Shown here one piece after another: positions 1 through 9,569 of a stretch of DNA of 64,000 bases. The notes beneath the pieces were generated by a model. It ran no database searches. It saw only the letters and a list, made by a program, of their open reading frames with translations, and had not been told where the DNA came from. Position 1 is the stretch's first letter. Every line of letters starts with the position of its first letter. The DNA is taken from positions 1,327 through 65,326 of the forward strand of contig JAAZWY010000003.1 in assembly GCA_014240455.1 (NCBI GenBank), read 5' to 3'. The translations under genes were made by a program, and so were the position numbers. The stretch comes from Nanobdellota archaeon. Its GTDB lineage: Archaea > Nanobdellota > Nanobdellia > UBA10117 > ARS21.

Positions 1-103
1 GTGCAATAATCATTCCACCACCTGCAATAAGAATAACTAATGCAAGAATTCCCATACCTAATCGGCTTGCCAATTTATCTAAGGGAACCTCAATTTTACC
101 CAT
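1..103 (-). CDS. N-terminus of a membrane protein, truncated by window edge (MGKIEVPLDKLASRLGMGILALVILIAGGG...)
   Basis: ATG (cat on + strand) at 101-103 opens a hydrophobic reading frame running off the window start. Confidence 0.3.
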   Translation of the reverse strand, partial: MGKIEVPLDKLASRLGMGILALVILIAGGGMIIA

Positions 104-158
104 ACTCAATTAAGCCTTCAGTTCAATAAAAAGGTTTGTAGATAAAATATTTTAGCCT

Positions 159-177
159 CGCTTTTCAGAAAAGCGAG
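159..177 (-). terminator. hairpin immediately 3' of tRNA-Leu
   Basis: perfect inverted repeat ctcgcttttc/gaaaagcgag adjacent to tRNA 3' end, followed on minus strand by AT/T-rich tract. Confidence 0.35.
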
Positions 178-261
178 TGCACGAGGCAGGATTCGAACCT
201 GCGAAGGCACTAAGCCAATGGATCTTGAGTCCATCCCATTTGACCGCTCTGGAACTCGTGC
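178..261 (-). tRNA. tRNA-Leu (anticodon CAA)
   Basis: cloverleaf readable on minus strand: acceptor GCACGAG/CTCGTGC, anticodon stem ATGGA/TCCAT with loop CTCAAGA, long variable arm, T-arm GCAGG-TTCGAAT-CCTGC; no encoded CCA. Confidence 0.85.
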
Positions 262-307
262 GTAGATTTGATTAATTTAAATCGTTTTTAAGTCTTATCA
301 TTAAGAA

Positions 308-691
308 TTACTTCAAAGCACGGTTAATCTTTTTCAAATTCGCTTGCAAAGCCTTCATAGAATTTTTTGAACCAGCCTTCTTGGAAACTTTCTTCTTAGC
401 TACCTTTTTCCGAACAACCCTCTTCTTAGTTTTAATTTTCTTGGAAACGCTACGTTTCAAAGCCCCTTTCGGAGCAGTACTCTTGAGCATATATTTATTC
501 AAAGCATGCAATTCATTAATCAATGAAGTTGACAAAACTTTTGCTTCTGCGAACAACTTATGTTTCTCTTTAACTAACAAAGACAAACGAGCAGTACTCT
601 CAACAACATCATCACAAATTCCAGTCAAAGAATCAGTACAACTACTAACGCCCTGTTCATCCTCAATCTGTATATATTCGCCTTCAGACAT
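308..691 (-). CDS. hypothetical protein with acidic N-half and lysine-rich basic tail (possible nucleic-acid binding)
   Basis: 127-aa ORF; C-terminal ~45 aa dominated by K/R (KKIKTKKRVVRKKVAKKKVSKK). Confidence 0.45.
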   Translation of the reverse strand: MSEGEYIQIEDEQGVSSCTDSLTGICDDVVESTARLSLLVKEKHKLFAEAKVLSTSLINELHALNKYMLKSTAPKGALKRSVSKKIKTKKRVVRKKVAKKKVSKKAGSKNSMKALQANLKKINRALK

Positions 692-774
692 AAATAAACT
701 AAACTACAAGACAATAAAAAGATTTCTTGTGGTCCGCCACCGCAACTAATAAAAAGGACTGGTGTATCAAAATT

Positions 775-1320
775 ACAATGGGACTTTTTAGTAAAAAGAA
801 AGAGCAACCACAGCCAATGATGCCTAAACCAACAGCTCCATTCATCCCAACTCAACCTTCTCAAGGACCAAGTTTGAAAGATCAATTAACAATGAACAAA
901 TCACAACCAACAATGGCACCTCAAGGATTACCTCCACTACCTTCAGATATTTCAAAAGATGTAGGAAGCGTAGCAAAAAGAGTAAGCGCAATGAGTGATA
1001 AAGTTTCCAAACTTGAATCTGAATTACCTCCACTTCCTGAAGGAAATGCTTCAGAACCAACAGCTCAATCTACACCTGAAAAACCAACCGCATCACAACC
1101 AGGTGCAAAAGTATTTGTCCGACTTGACAAGTATTCTGATATTCTTAAAACAATAAACAATATGGAATCCAAGATCAATGAATTACAAAACGCTCTTGGA
1201 AAAATTACTTCAATAAAAGATTCTGAACAGCAAATAATCGGTTCTTGGAACAACCTGATTAATGAAGCAAGAGACAGAGTTGCAGAAGTAAACTCTAAAC
1301 TTCCACCATTAAATCGGTAA
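775..1320 (+). CDS. coiled-coil protein with N-terminal MGLFSKKK motif, Pro/Gln-rich linker and C-terminal helical domain
   Basis: ORF 727-1320; likely start at internal MGLF (775); shares N-terminal motif with 19191, 15558(-) and 21347(-) proteins. Confidence 0.5.
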   Translation, partial: TMGLFSKKKEQPQPMMPKPTAPFIPTQPSQGPSLKDQLTMNKSQPTMAPQGLPPLPSDISKDVGSVAKRVSAMSDKVSKLESELPPLPEGNASEPTAQSTPEKPTASQPGAKVFVRLDKYSDILKTINNMESKINELQNALGKITSIKDSEQQIIGSWNNLINEARDRVAEVNSKLPPLNR

Positions 1321-1371
1321 TAATTCTTTATCCGAAACCTTTTTAATCAAAATAAATCAGACCTACTTTAC

Positions 1372-1446
1372 GGTCCGATGGTCTAGTCTGGTTATGACGT
1401 CCCGTTTACACCGGGAAGATCCCAAGTTCGAATCTTGGTCGGACCA
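1372..1446 (+). tRNA. tRNA-Val (anticodon TAC)
   Basis: acceptor GGTCCGA/TCGGACC, anticodon stem TCCCG/CGGGA loop TTTACAC, T-arm CCAAG-TTCGAAT-CTTGG; no encoded CCA. Confidence 0.85.
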
Positions 1447-1496
1447 TACAATTTTTGTCACTTGCTATATATCTATCAAAAACACCTTCAAAAATT

Positions 1497-2318
1497 ATGA
1501 GACGAATCATAATACTATTACTTCTGCTACCAACAGTTTCAGCCCAGATTGAAATAACCGAAATCATGTATGATCTACCTGGCGCGGATGGAAAACGCGA
1601 ATGGTTTGAAATACACAATACTGGAAACAGCACTAATATCTCAGACTGGAGATTTTTTGAAAACGGGCAGCATCACAAATTCAAAAACTTTACAGACAAT
1701 TTAATTATCGGAACGGATGAATATGCAGTAATTGTAAACAAGCCAGAGGCGTTTCTCAATGACACAAACTTTACGGGAAAAATAATAGACAGCGCTTGGT
1801 CTTCACTAGCAAATTCAGGAGAACCTTTAGTTCTAAGAACTTCAAAAGATGGACCAGTCGTAGTAAACATAACTTACCTTCCAACAAATGCTTCAGACGG
1901 AAACGGCGCATCCTTACAATTAATTGAAGATTCTTGGCAGGCTTGCGAACCAACACCTGGAAAGTCAAACACATGTCCTGAACCCGAAATAGAAGAAATC
2001 TTTGAGTCAAATCAAACAGAGGAAACAAATGAATCAGAATATATAGTTGAGTCAGTACAATCGGAATTTCAACTCGTAGAAGAACCTGAAGAAATTACAG
2101 AACCAACGCTAGAATTCAATAATTCAATCGAACCAGAAATACAATTACTAACTACACTGCCTGCTGAGAAACCAACAACAGTTCAAGAACCAATAATAAA
2201 AAACAAGTTAGTAAAATTAGCATACGAGTCAGAAAATAAAGGCCACATCGTAACGGGGTTTTATCTATTTCTAATGGCCTCACTATTCTTAAACATAATG
2301 TTAGTCATGTTCAAATAG
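1497..2318 (+). CDS. secreted lamin-tail-domain (LTD) protein with acidic repeats and C-terminal TM anchor
   Basis: signal peptide MRRIIILLLLLPTVSA; LTD signature IEITEIMYDLPGADGKREWFEIHNTGN..ISDW; many NxS/T sequons; hydrophobic C-terminus. Confidence 0.6.
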   Translation: MRRIIILLLLLPTVSAQIEITEIMYDLPGADGKREWFEIHNTGNSTNISDWRFFENGQHHKFKNFTDNLIIGTDEYAVIVNKPEAFLNDTNFTGKIIDSAWSSLANSGEPLVLRTSKDGPVVVNITYLPTNASDGNGASLQLIEDSWQACEPTPGKSNTCPEPEIEEIFESNQTEETNESEYIVESVQSEFQLVEEPEEITEPTLEFNNSIEPEIQLLTTLPAEKPTTVQEPIIKNKLVKLAYESENKGHIVTGFYLFLMASLFLNIMLVMFK

Positions 2319-2351
2319 TCAAATTTAAAAGCTTGTACACAAATCAAAATT

Positions 2352-2831
2352 ATGAAACAGTCTGAAATCAAGAAATTGGTAAAAGAAGGACAAATTCAGA
2401 TCCTAATAAATCTCCAAGTTCAAGGAAATAATTCGGAAGCAATTGACAAAGCAACAAGAAAACAGATTGATGAAATAGTAGAACTAGGAAAAGAAATCCG
2501 AGCAAGAATCTCTGCTCCAGAATTAATCGACCAAGAAAAAGGTTGGTTTTCTCAATATGCAGAAATTGAGTTATTAGTTCCAAATTCAGATACAATATTT
2601 GACATAATGCTAGATTATATGGTAACTAATATAGAAATTCTAGCACCAAAGAAAATCGAACTAAAAGCAGAAACACACCAAGACCGATTAAATGATCTAA
2701 TTCTAAAATTCAGAGAATCCGAAAAAGCAATACTTCTTCTCGCAGCTCACAGAAAAATGCTTGAAGCTGAAGTAGAGACTCTAAAGAAACCTAAATCAAA
2801 AAAGAAAAAAAGCCCAAAGTCTAAGGAATAA
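2352..2831 (+). CDS. hypothetical coiled-coil protein with K-rich C-terminus
   Basis: 159-aa ORF, no recognisable motif. Confidence 0.4.
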   Translation: MKQSEIKKLVKEGQIQILINLQVQGNNSEAIDKATRKQIDEIVELGKEIRARISAPELIDQEKGWFSQYAEIELLVPNSDTIFDIMLDYMVTNIEILAPKKIELKAETHQDRLNDLILKFRESEKAILLLAAHRKMLEAEVETLKKPKSKKKKSPKSKE

Positions 2832-3114
2832 TTACGACTCTGAGCTTGTCTTTAACTGGTGTTGATAAAAGTGAACAAACATCGTTTGCATTCAAATCAG
2901 TACCAATTTCATTACATTTTATAACATTACTATCCGCATCCGAGGAAACCGAACAGTAAGTCGGCAGTTCTAGCTCCTTTAACGTTTGAGCTTCTCCAAG
3001 GCTCTGACCTATAAAAATCCCGAGTCCTAGAGATACAAATATACTAATCACAAAGATGACTAGCAACTTGTACATTGTTATTTCAAATCTTCCTGGTTTT
3101 CGTTCTTTCGCCAT
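2821..3114 (-). CDS. small membrane-anchored hypothetical protein
   Basis: 97-aa ORF with one N-terminal TM (LLVIFVISIFVSLGLGIFIG) and Cys-containing ectodomain. Confidence 0.35.
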   Translation of the reverse strand: MAKERKPGRFEITMYKLLVIFVISIFVSLGLGIFIGQSLGEAQTLKELELPTYCSVSSDADSNVIKCNEIGTDLNANDVCSLLSTPVKDKLRVVIIP

Positions 3115-3371
3115 TTTATAACAACTCGACTTTGAAGAAATTTCATTACGTTGAATTCATTAACTTCATATCTGACTTCCTTACCTTCGCCTTCTTTACG
3201 AACAAGACCCTGTGCTTCAAGCTCTTTAACTTTCTTTGAAGCAAATGATTTATCCGTATCTAAAAGTTTAGCTAAGTCTTTGTTTCGATTCTTACCAAGA
3301 GATATTGCTGTAATTATCTTAAGATCACGAACAATCTTCTTAGTTTCACGAGAACTATCTTCGTCAGACAT
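3078..3371 (-). CDS. winged helix-turn-helix transcriptional regulator (ArsR/MarR-like)
   Basis: start trimmed to internal M (MSDEDSSRETKKIVRDLKIITAISLG...LAKLLDTDKSFASKKVKELEAQGLV); divergent from S-layer gene. Confidence 0.5.
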   Translation of the reverse strand: MSDEDSSRETKKIVRDLKIITAISLGKNRNKDLAKLLDTDKSFASKKVKELEAQGLVRKEGEGKEVRYEVNEFNVMKFLQSRVVIKWRKNENQEDLK

Positions 3372-3568
3372 GATATCCTTAAGAAAGATACGAATAAAAA
3401 TGGTTTGTTCAACAGAAACTACAGTAAAAAACCGCAAAACGGAAAAATGTTCCAAAAATGGAAGGAATCGCGTCAGTCGAAAAATGACAATAATGTTTTT
3501 AAACCAATTACACATACGTAGATTACTTAGACATGGAACTATGTTCTATGTAAGTAAGGTGATTAAAA

Positions 3569-5782
3569 ATGCAGAAACAATTTGTCTTAAAGGCAAGAGA
3601 AACTGTAAAGAGAGTCGCAGCAATTACTGCTGGGGCTACATTGTTAGGAGCAACTGCAATGGGCGCAGTCGCTGCAGCAGACCTAGGTGACTATCCAGCA
3701 CCATTCGTCGCAGACGGAGATTTGGTTGGATTAGTTGTTGTAGGATCAGACGCAGCAGCAGGCGACATCGTAGGAGCAGGTGACATTATTTCTACACTAA
3801 CACAAGCAGCTGTTACAACTGTAGCAGGAACAGGAACAACCGAAGTTACGGGCGGGATATCGAAAGATGTACTAATCGGAACAGGTTTAAACGCAACAAC
3901 AGCATTCAGTCCGACTGGAGTAAACGATGATGACGTAGCAACTTTAATTGACGAAGAAATTAACATTGATGTTGGAAGCGATAAGAACTACGATGTTCAC
4001 GAAGCAATTTGGTTCAATGCAGGAGCCTCTGTTGAAACAGGTACAACTTCCGCAAGTCCATCTGAAAACTTTGGAGTGGACACATTCTTAGAATTGGATA
4101 AAGATTCCGTTAAGTACCAATACATCTTTGATGATTTGTTGGATACGAATAACTTCTTAGTAAACGCAACAAGTTCTAACCCAATCACATTAAATTTATT
4201 GGGACACGACCTTGAAATTACAGGTGCAACAGCAACAGGTATGACTGTTAACTTAGCTACAAAATATTTCATGCACGTTGGAGAATCCCAAACTGTAGGT
4301 GACAAGATTGTTACGTTAATGGAAGTAGGAAGTGCATCCGTAGTAGTTGATGTTAGCGGAACTACTGAAGTAGTTGACACAAACACAAAAACTGTTAATG
4401 GAATTAAAGTAAGAGGAGAAAGTTTCTTCAATAAAGATGAAGTCGGAGCAGGTTCTGCAACAATATCCATTGGAGAAGATATTTCCAAGACATACAAAAA
4501 CAATGATGAATTCATTGGTGAAGATGAAGATGATCCAAACTGGGTATGGGAATTAAGCGAACTTAATACAAACAAACCTAATATCAATATAAGTTGGGAC
4601 CAAATCGTTAACGACGCAGATGATGCACACTTGATTTCCGTAGAAAACGGTGAATCAATCGACTTACCAAACGACTACGCAACACTGTACCTAAATAAGT
4701 ATACACAAGCAGACAGACAAGAGTTCAAAATTTCCTTTGAAACAGGTGAAGAACTTATGGGATCTGGTGCATTAGTAACTGATGACACAAACGCATTTGT
4801 AATGCACTGGGAAGCTGTCGGAGCAACAGGTGATGACGCATTCACAGTTAACAGCCAAAAAACAGACGACATTTGGGTATCTATTGATGGATGGAATGGT
4901 ACAAAGACTCAAAATAATGCATACTTGTACTTCTACAATACTACAAACAACAAGATTGTATTTACCTCAAACATTTCAAACGATCTGACTACTGATGAAA
5001 GTACCGCGTTTACAATTAACTTCAAAGATACAACCATAAATGTAAACTACAACTACACAAATGCTACTACAAATGGAACAGCAGATATCGACTGGTATGT
5101 TGATGACGAGGGAGGACACTCCGATCTTGAAATTAACACCGAAACTTCAGCAGGTGCTTTGAAATATCTTGGAGAAACAGATTCAGATACAACAGTATCT
5201 AACGATATTATCTATGCAGATACTGATATTTCTGGTTGGAAAGAAGATACAAGAACTGAACGTGGATTCATTATTTCCTCGTACTACAATTCTGACTCAG
5301 CAGATGAGTTCAGTTTTTCAGTACCAGGTGACAATGCAGACTATGATGTTGAAGTTATTGTATCAGGAACAGCAGCAACAGTTACAACAACAGGTGGAAC
5401 AACAGTTGTTAACTCCGTAGCAGGTGTAAGCGTAATTAAGCTAGATTCAGAAATTACTGACCCAGCAAGCAAGAACTTAATCTTGGTTGGTGGACCAGCT
5501 GTAAACAGCTTAACAGCACAAGCACTTGGACTAAGTTATCCAACAACTGGAGCAGCATCTACAATCCCAGAAAACGCAGCAACTTTGAGAATGGTATCCA
5601 ACGCATTCGGCGGATCCAACTCAGCATTAGTTGTAGCAGGATGGGGAGCAGATGACACCCGAAACGCAGCAAGCGTACTACAAGACTACTCTTCACACGC
5701 ATCAGCATTAGCTGGTAACATGGAAGTAGAAGTTAGAGGAAGTACAGTTACTGCCGTTGGTGGCGACGTAACAACTGCTTAA
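3569..5782 (+). CDS. major cell-surface (S-layer-like) glycoprotein
   Basis: 737 aa, N-terminal signal peptide, ...AAADLGDYPAPFV motif, Thr/Asn/Asp-rich, dozens of N-glycosylation sequons, GGTGA RBS 7 nt upstream, strong terminator downstream. Confidence 0.55.
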   Translation: MQKQFVLKARETVKRVAAITAGATLLGATAMGAVAAADLGDYPAPFVADGDLVGLVVVGSDAAAGDIVGAGDIISTLTQAAVTTVAGTGTTEVTGGISKDVLIGTGLNATTAFSPTGVNDDDVATLIDEEINIDVGSDKNYDVHEAIWFNAGASVETGTTSASPSENFGVDTFLELDKDSVKYQYIFDDLLDTNNFLVNATSSNPITLNLLGHDLEITGATATGMTVNLATKYFMHVGESQTVGDKIVTLMEVGSASVVVDVSGTTEVVDTNTKTVNGIKVRGESFFNKDEVGAGSATISIGEDISKTYKNNDEFIGEDEDDPNWVWELSELNTNKPNINISWDQIVNDADDAHLISVENGESIDLPNDYATLYLNKYTQADRQEFKISFETGEELMGSGALVTDDTNAFVMHWEAVGATGDDAFTVNSQKTDDIWVSIDGWNGTKTQNNAYLYFYNTTNNKIVFTSNISNDLTTDESTAFTINFKDTTINVNYNYTNATTNGTADIDWYVDDEGGHSDLEINTETSAGALKYLGETDSDTTVSNDIIYADTDISGWKEDTRTERGFIISSYYNSDSADEFSFSVPGDNADYDVEVIVSGTAATVTTTGGTTVVNSVAGVSVIKLDSEITDPASKNLILVGGPAVNSLTAQALGLSYPTTGAASTIPENAATLRMVSNAFGGSNSALVVAGWGADDTRNAASVLQDYSSHASALAGNMEVEVRGSTVTAVGGDVTTA

Positions 5783-5795
5783 GTCTTAAAACGTA

Positions 5796-5830
5796 AGGAG
5801 GGGATTTTATCCCCTCTTTTTTCTTTTTTG
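5796..5830 (+). terminator. stem-loop plus T-tract after S-layer gene
   Basis: GGAGGGGA-tttta-TCCCCTCT followed by ttttttcttttttg. Confidence 0.55.
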
Positions 5831-5890
5831 CAAAATATTTACAAATCAAATTACCAAAACCTTTTTTAGTATAACTCATCCTATTCTATA

Positions 5891-6517
5891 ATGAAAATAA
5901 AGTTCAAAGGTGCTGACTTCATAACGTTCCTAGTCATATTCATACTTGTAACATCTATTTTCGGACTATACACAAACCGACCAGAACAACCACAACAAAC
6001 TGCACCAGAACCATCATTCTTCCACGGAGAAATAGCATTCTATGAACAAAGCGATGGTTTCTTTGGAGTATATTTACAGCGTTCTGATGGACAAGTTCAA
6101 CCAATATCATTTCGTTTAGATCCAAGAACAATGAATGATATCCTTATCGAATCCGATTTAAATCAGAAAGTACGAAACGCAACAAAGATTTACACAACAT
6201 ATAGTCCAAATTTAGATACTAGCTATGCAAAGATGGCAGTGGCAATCGGAGAGGTAACCAGATTATTACCGCTAATAACTGTAAATCGGGCAGTAAGTAA
6301 GAACGCATTCACGGAAGATGCAAACCCAATTGATCCAAATGTACCAATAAAAACTTGTGAAGATGCAACATTAGAATATCCAGTAATCGAATTCGAAATA
6401 GGAAATCAAAACAGAGTCAATTCAGAAGGATTTTGTATAAATGTAATCGGAAAGAATGCTGATGACTTAATACTCTCAGCAGATAGACTTGGCTATTCAT
6501 TTGTGGGAATTTATTAA
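5891..6517 (+). CDS. hypothetical N-terminally anchored membrane/secreted protein
   Basis: 208 aa; TM FITFLVIFILVTSIFGLY then Pro/Gln linker. Confidence 0.45.
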   Translation: MKIKFKGADFITFLVIFILVTSIFGLYTNRPEQPQQTAPEPSFFHGEIAFYEQSDGFFGVYLQRSDGQVQPISFRLDPRTMNDILIESDLNQKVRNATKIYTTYSPNLDTSYAKMAVAIGEVTRLLPLITVNRAVSKNAFTEDANPIDPNVPIKTCEDATLEYPVIEFEIGNQNRVNSEGFCINVIGKNADDLILSADRLGYSFVGIY

Positions 6518-7140
6518 GAATTATTAATTATTTCTTGAGTACCTAAAATACCCTCAAACTTTTTACCATTAATAACCAGTGTTGGAATTGTATCAACTTC
6601 ATAGTCCAACAATAATCTATCAATAACTGGCGAATCAACATTCCAATTAAATGAATAAACCATCAGTTCAGGCATCTGCTCCTTAACTTCAGTTAACAAT
6701 GCACCTTGTGCTGCACAGTTTGAACATTCAACTCGATCTGGAGAAAAGAAGTATAATACTGTAGAATATTGCTTTCCACACTCTTGATTAATCTCATTAA
6801 TCAAAAGGAAGTGCTTAACTTCAAGAGCAATATATTGCTCAGCAAGTAACTGAGCCTCTAAAGAACGAGACGCATCTTCTTCAATAATCGTAAGTTTAAT
6901 CCCCAATTCATTAAGTTGGTTATTAATTGGAATTAATCCCTTCGCATCACAAAGATTTTCAGATGCCAAATCAAACAAAGCATCCAAACTCAAGGACTGA
7001 GTATAAATCTCATTTTGTAATTCAGTCAACTGACTAACTTTACCTGAAGTTAGAAAATAACCTCCAACAAATCCAGAGAAGAATATAAGTAATGTAATTG
7101 ATAGTGCAGCAGTTATTCGCGAGTAATTAACTTTTGCCAT
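6514..7140 (-). CDS. membrane-anchored thioredoxin-fold-like protein with CxxC (CSNC)
   Basis: N-terminal TM, C-terminal FFSPDRVECSNCAAQG motif. Confidence 0.35.
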   Translation of the reverse strand: MAKVNYSRITAALSITLLIFFSGFVGGYFLTSGKVSQLTELQNEIYTQSLSLDALFDLASENLCDAKGLIPINNQLNELGIKLTIIEEDASRSLEAQLLAEQYIALEVKHFLLINEINQECGKQYSTVLYFFSPDRVECSNCAAQGALLTEVKEQMPELMVYSFNWNVDSPVIDRLLLDYEVDTIPTLVINGKKFEGILGTQEIINNS

Positions 7141-7142
7141 AT

Positions 7143-8441
7143 TTAGTTTTGTGGGAATAATTTATAACGATACTTATTCAGTACGCTGTTATTCCAAGTA
7201 ACACCTCCAAATCTAAGCACTCTTCCAAATAATTTATACCAAATTGCTCCGACCCACCATGAGGCAAAGATAATAATATAGAAAAAGATGTACACCAAAT
7301 ATCCAAAACCATACTCAGATTTATCGAGAGAATATTTCTTAGCTAAATAAAAAGTAAGTAAACCCATAATAATTATTGAGAATCCAGCAAACTCAATTGC
7401 TGAGAAATTAAAACTAAAGGGCGAAAGATTCAATAAATTCTTCAACACAGATACCTTCAAATTCGCAATACCAATAGTGCCACCGTCTACCAAGAACCAA
7501 TAAGCTATCAACAAACTTTCCTTAATCATCGAGAATGCAATAAATATTGTAAAGAAGATTGAGATAACTGCAGCAGGCATAACTAACCCACTAAGATAAC
7601 CGTGTTTGAATCCAAACAACATTCTCCGATATTGTATAAATGCATCAATAAAGCCTAAGAACCAACGAATTCTCTGCCAGAAAAGTTCCTTGAAAGTTCG
7701 AGGAGTAATTGTATAAACTGAGGCATCAATCGCATTTGCTAATCGATAACCTTCGGAATTTATACGCAGCGCAATTTCAAGATCTTCAGTAATATGTCTT
7801 TCATCATATGCTCCAAATTTATCAAAGAATGTTTTACGATAAGCAGTAAACGCTCCCGGAGTTACATACATTGCATCAAGAAATTCAAAAACTTTACGTG
7901 CGAAACCTCCCAATAGATATTCAACATTCTGAATCCTCTGAATCAAAGTTTTCTGATACTTAGATTTAATCGTCGGTGCAACAGCCATGACTTCTGGATC
8001 CTCAAAGTAACCCATCATTTTGTAGAGAACATCTGGCTCAGCAAAAGTATCCGCATCCATTGTAATAATAATATCTCCTTTGGCTCGCTTGATAATATAA
8101 TTCATAGCGTAACCTTTACCACCCTTCTTAAGTGAGAAAACTTTCACACCCTTTTTCTTATACTGATTAGAAATTTCAACAGTTCGATCCTTTGAACCGC
8201 CATTTTCAACTACAATGATCTCCAACTTATCTTTAGGATATTCAATCGCCAAAGCACTTTCAATAGTTCCGGCAATTCCTTTCTCCTCATTGTGAGCAGG
8301 AATTATTATTGTAACGGAAGGATATCTCTTGATTACTGGATTATGCATCTTTCCCAAATTATCCAAAAAAGTTAGTAAGAAGAACGTACCCGTAAATAGC
8401 GAAATAAATAAAGCTGAAAATATAATAAACGTTCCAAGCAT
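7143..8441 (-). CDS. family 2 glycosyltransferase, processive type (QxxRW), multi-TM
   Basis: IIIPAHNEE, DADT, WQRIRW motifs plus N- and C-terminal TM helices (cellulose/chitin-synthase-like architecture). Confidence 0.8.
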   Translation of the reverse strand: MLGTFIIFSALFISLFTGTFFLLTFLDNLGKMHNPVIKRYPSVTIIIPAHNEEKGIAGTIESALAIEYPKDKLEIIVVENGGSKDRTVEISNQYKKKGVKVFSLKKGGKGYAMNYIIKRAKGDIIITMDADTFAEPDVLYKMMGYFEDPEVMAVAPTIKSKYQKTLIQRIQNVEYLLGGFARKVFEFLDAMYVTPGAFTAYRKTFFDKFGAYDERHITEDLEIALRINSEGYRLANAIDASVYTITPRTFKELFWQRIRWFLGFIDAFIQYRRMLFGFKHGYLSGLVMPAAVISIFFTIFIAFSMIKESLLIAYWFLVDGGTIGIANLKVSVLKNLLNLSPFSFNFSAIEFAGFSIIIMGLLTFYLAKKYSLDKSEYGFGYLVYIFFYIIIFASWWVGAIWYKLFGRVLRFGGVTWNNSVLNKYRYKLFPQN

Positions 8442-8471
8442 ATTTACTCTTAATGCGTAATTTAATAAGAA

Positions 8472-9569
8472 TTATGATATCAAGTTGTCAAGCAACACTG
8501 TGGCATAAACACCCTTTCCCAATTCAAACTCAAACCATTCTTTCCCATCAAATTTCAACTTCTTAACTTCAGAAAAAACCTTCCGAGTTGCACCTCTTGA
8601 AGAAAGTTCAGGCATACTTTTAACTCTAAAAATCTCAAGACCAATCTCTTCAGCTTTTAATTCAGCACTCAAAAATTTACCAAATTCACCATCAAGTTTT
8701 GATTCATATCCAGGAATTTCTAACTCCGTCTCCAACTCAACTTCTTCAACCGGGAAAGCAATTTTGTGTCCAGGAAGTTCAATCCACGTTACTTTAACTT
8801 TAGATTCAATATATTTTGAAACCGCCCTATTCCAAATTTCAGATTGATAAGCATGAATAAAAATTCTACGAAGCGGTTTTGAAACATTCCTCAAAGCTCC
8901 AGCAAAGTCAGTCGGATAACGAATCAAATAATCAAGAACGGCTTTTTCATTTCCCAAGAATCCCGGAACAACTTTCATAATATCTTTCCAATGTTCCCAA
9001 TTATTTAGAACAAATTTATCAAACACTTCCCCGTCCGGACCGCTATGTTTTGACAATAATACTTTAACTGCTTCTTCAAAATTTCCTTTAACCATCGCTC
9101 TACCAATCAACGAAGTGCTTCCACTTGAAAATCTCTGAGTTCCAAAATAATTTACAAAACCTTGCTCCTTAATCAACGGTAAATTCTTATCAATATTCTT
9201 TTTCTCACTCGCACTTAAATTAGCACGAACTTTGAACCTATTCCCAAGCAAATTTCCAATATGAATATCAGTATCCGAATAACCTAAAAATTTAAATTCC
9301 ATATCTTTTAGAACAATATTTTCAACATCTTCTTTCTTGACTCCGAGAATAGAAATAACTTGACTAGTGACTGCTCGCTTATCTTTAATTCCTGCATAAT
9401 GAACTCGGACTTTACTAATTCTCAATCTCCGCGCAATTTGCATAACTGCTCGCTGAGTTGTCCAATTTGTTTTTGTTAATAACACAAGAGCATATTTACC
9501 TTCAGCCTTGGCATCAATTTCAAAAATTTCATCAACAACAAAGTCTTCAAACGCCTGCTTTATTTTCAT
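8472..9569 (-). CDS. truD: tRNA pseudouridine synthase TruD/Pus7
   Basis: AGIKDKRAVT and NYFGTQRF signature motifs. Confidence 0.75.
   Translation of the reverse strand: MKIKQAFEDFVVDEIFEIDAKAEGKYALVLLTKTNWTTQRAVMQIARRLRISKVRVHYAGIKDKRAVTSQVISILGVKKEDVENIVLKDMEFKFLGYSDTDIHIGNLLGNRFKVRANLSASEKKNIDKNLPLIKEQGFVNYFGTQRFSSGSTSLIGRAMVKGNFEEAVKVLLSKHSGPDGEVFDKFVLNNWEHWKDIMKVVPGFLGNEKAVLDYLIRYPTDFAGALRNVSKPLRRIFIHAYQSEIWNRAVSKYIESKVKVTWIELPGHKIAFPVEEVELETELEIPGYESKLDGEFGKFLSAELKAEEIGLEIFRVKSMPELSSRGATRKVFSEVKKLKFDGKEWFEFELGKGVYATVLLDNLIS

Noticed and set aside
3151-3690. 179-aa + strand ORF
   Set aside because: Antisense to the wHTH regulator gene and Ser/Arg-rich low-complexity. Likely spurious.
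3691-4587. Minus-strand ORFs 3691-3966 and 3997-4587 inside the S-layer gene
   Set aside because: Antisense shadows of a long, compositionally biased gene.
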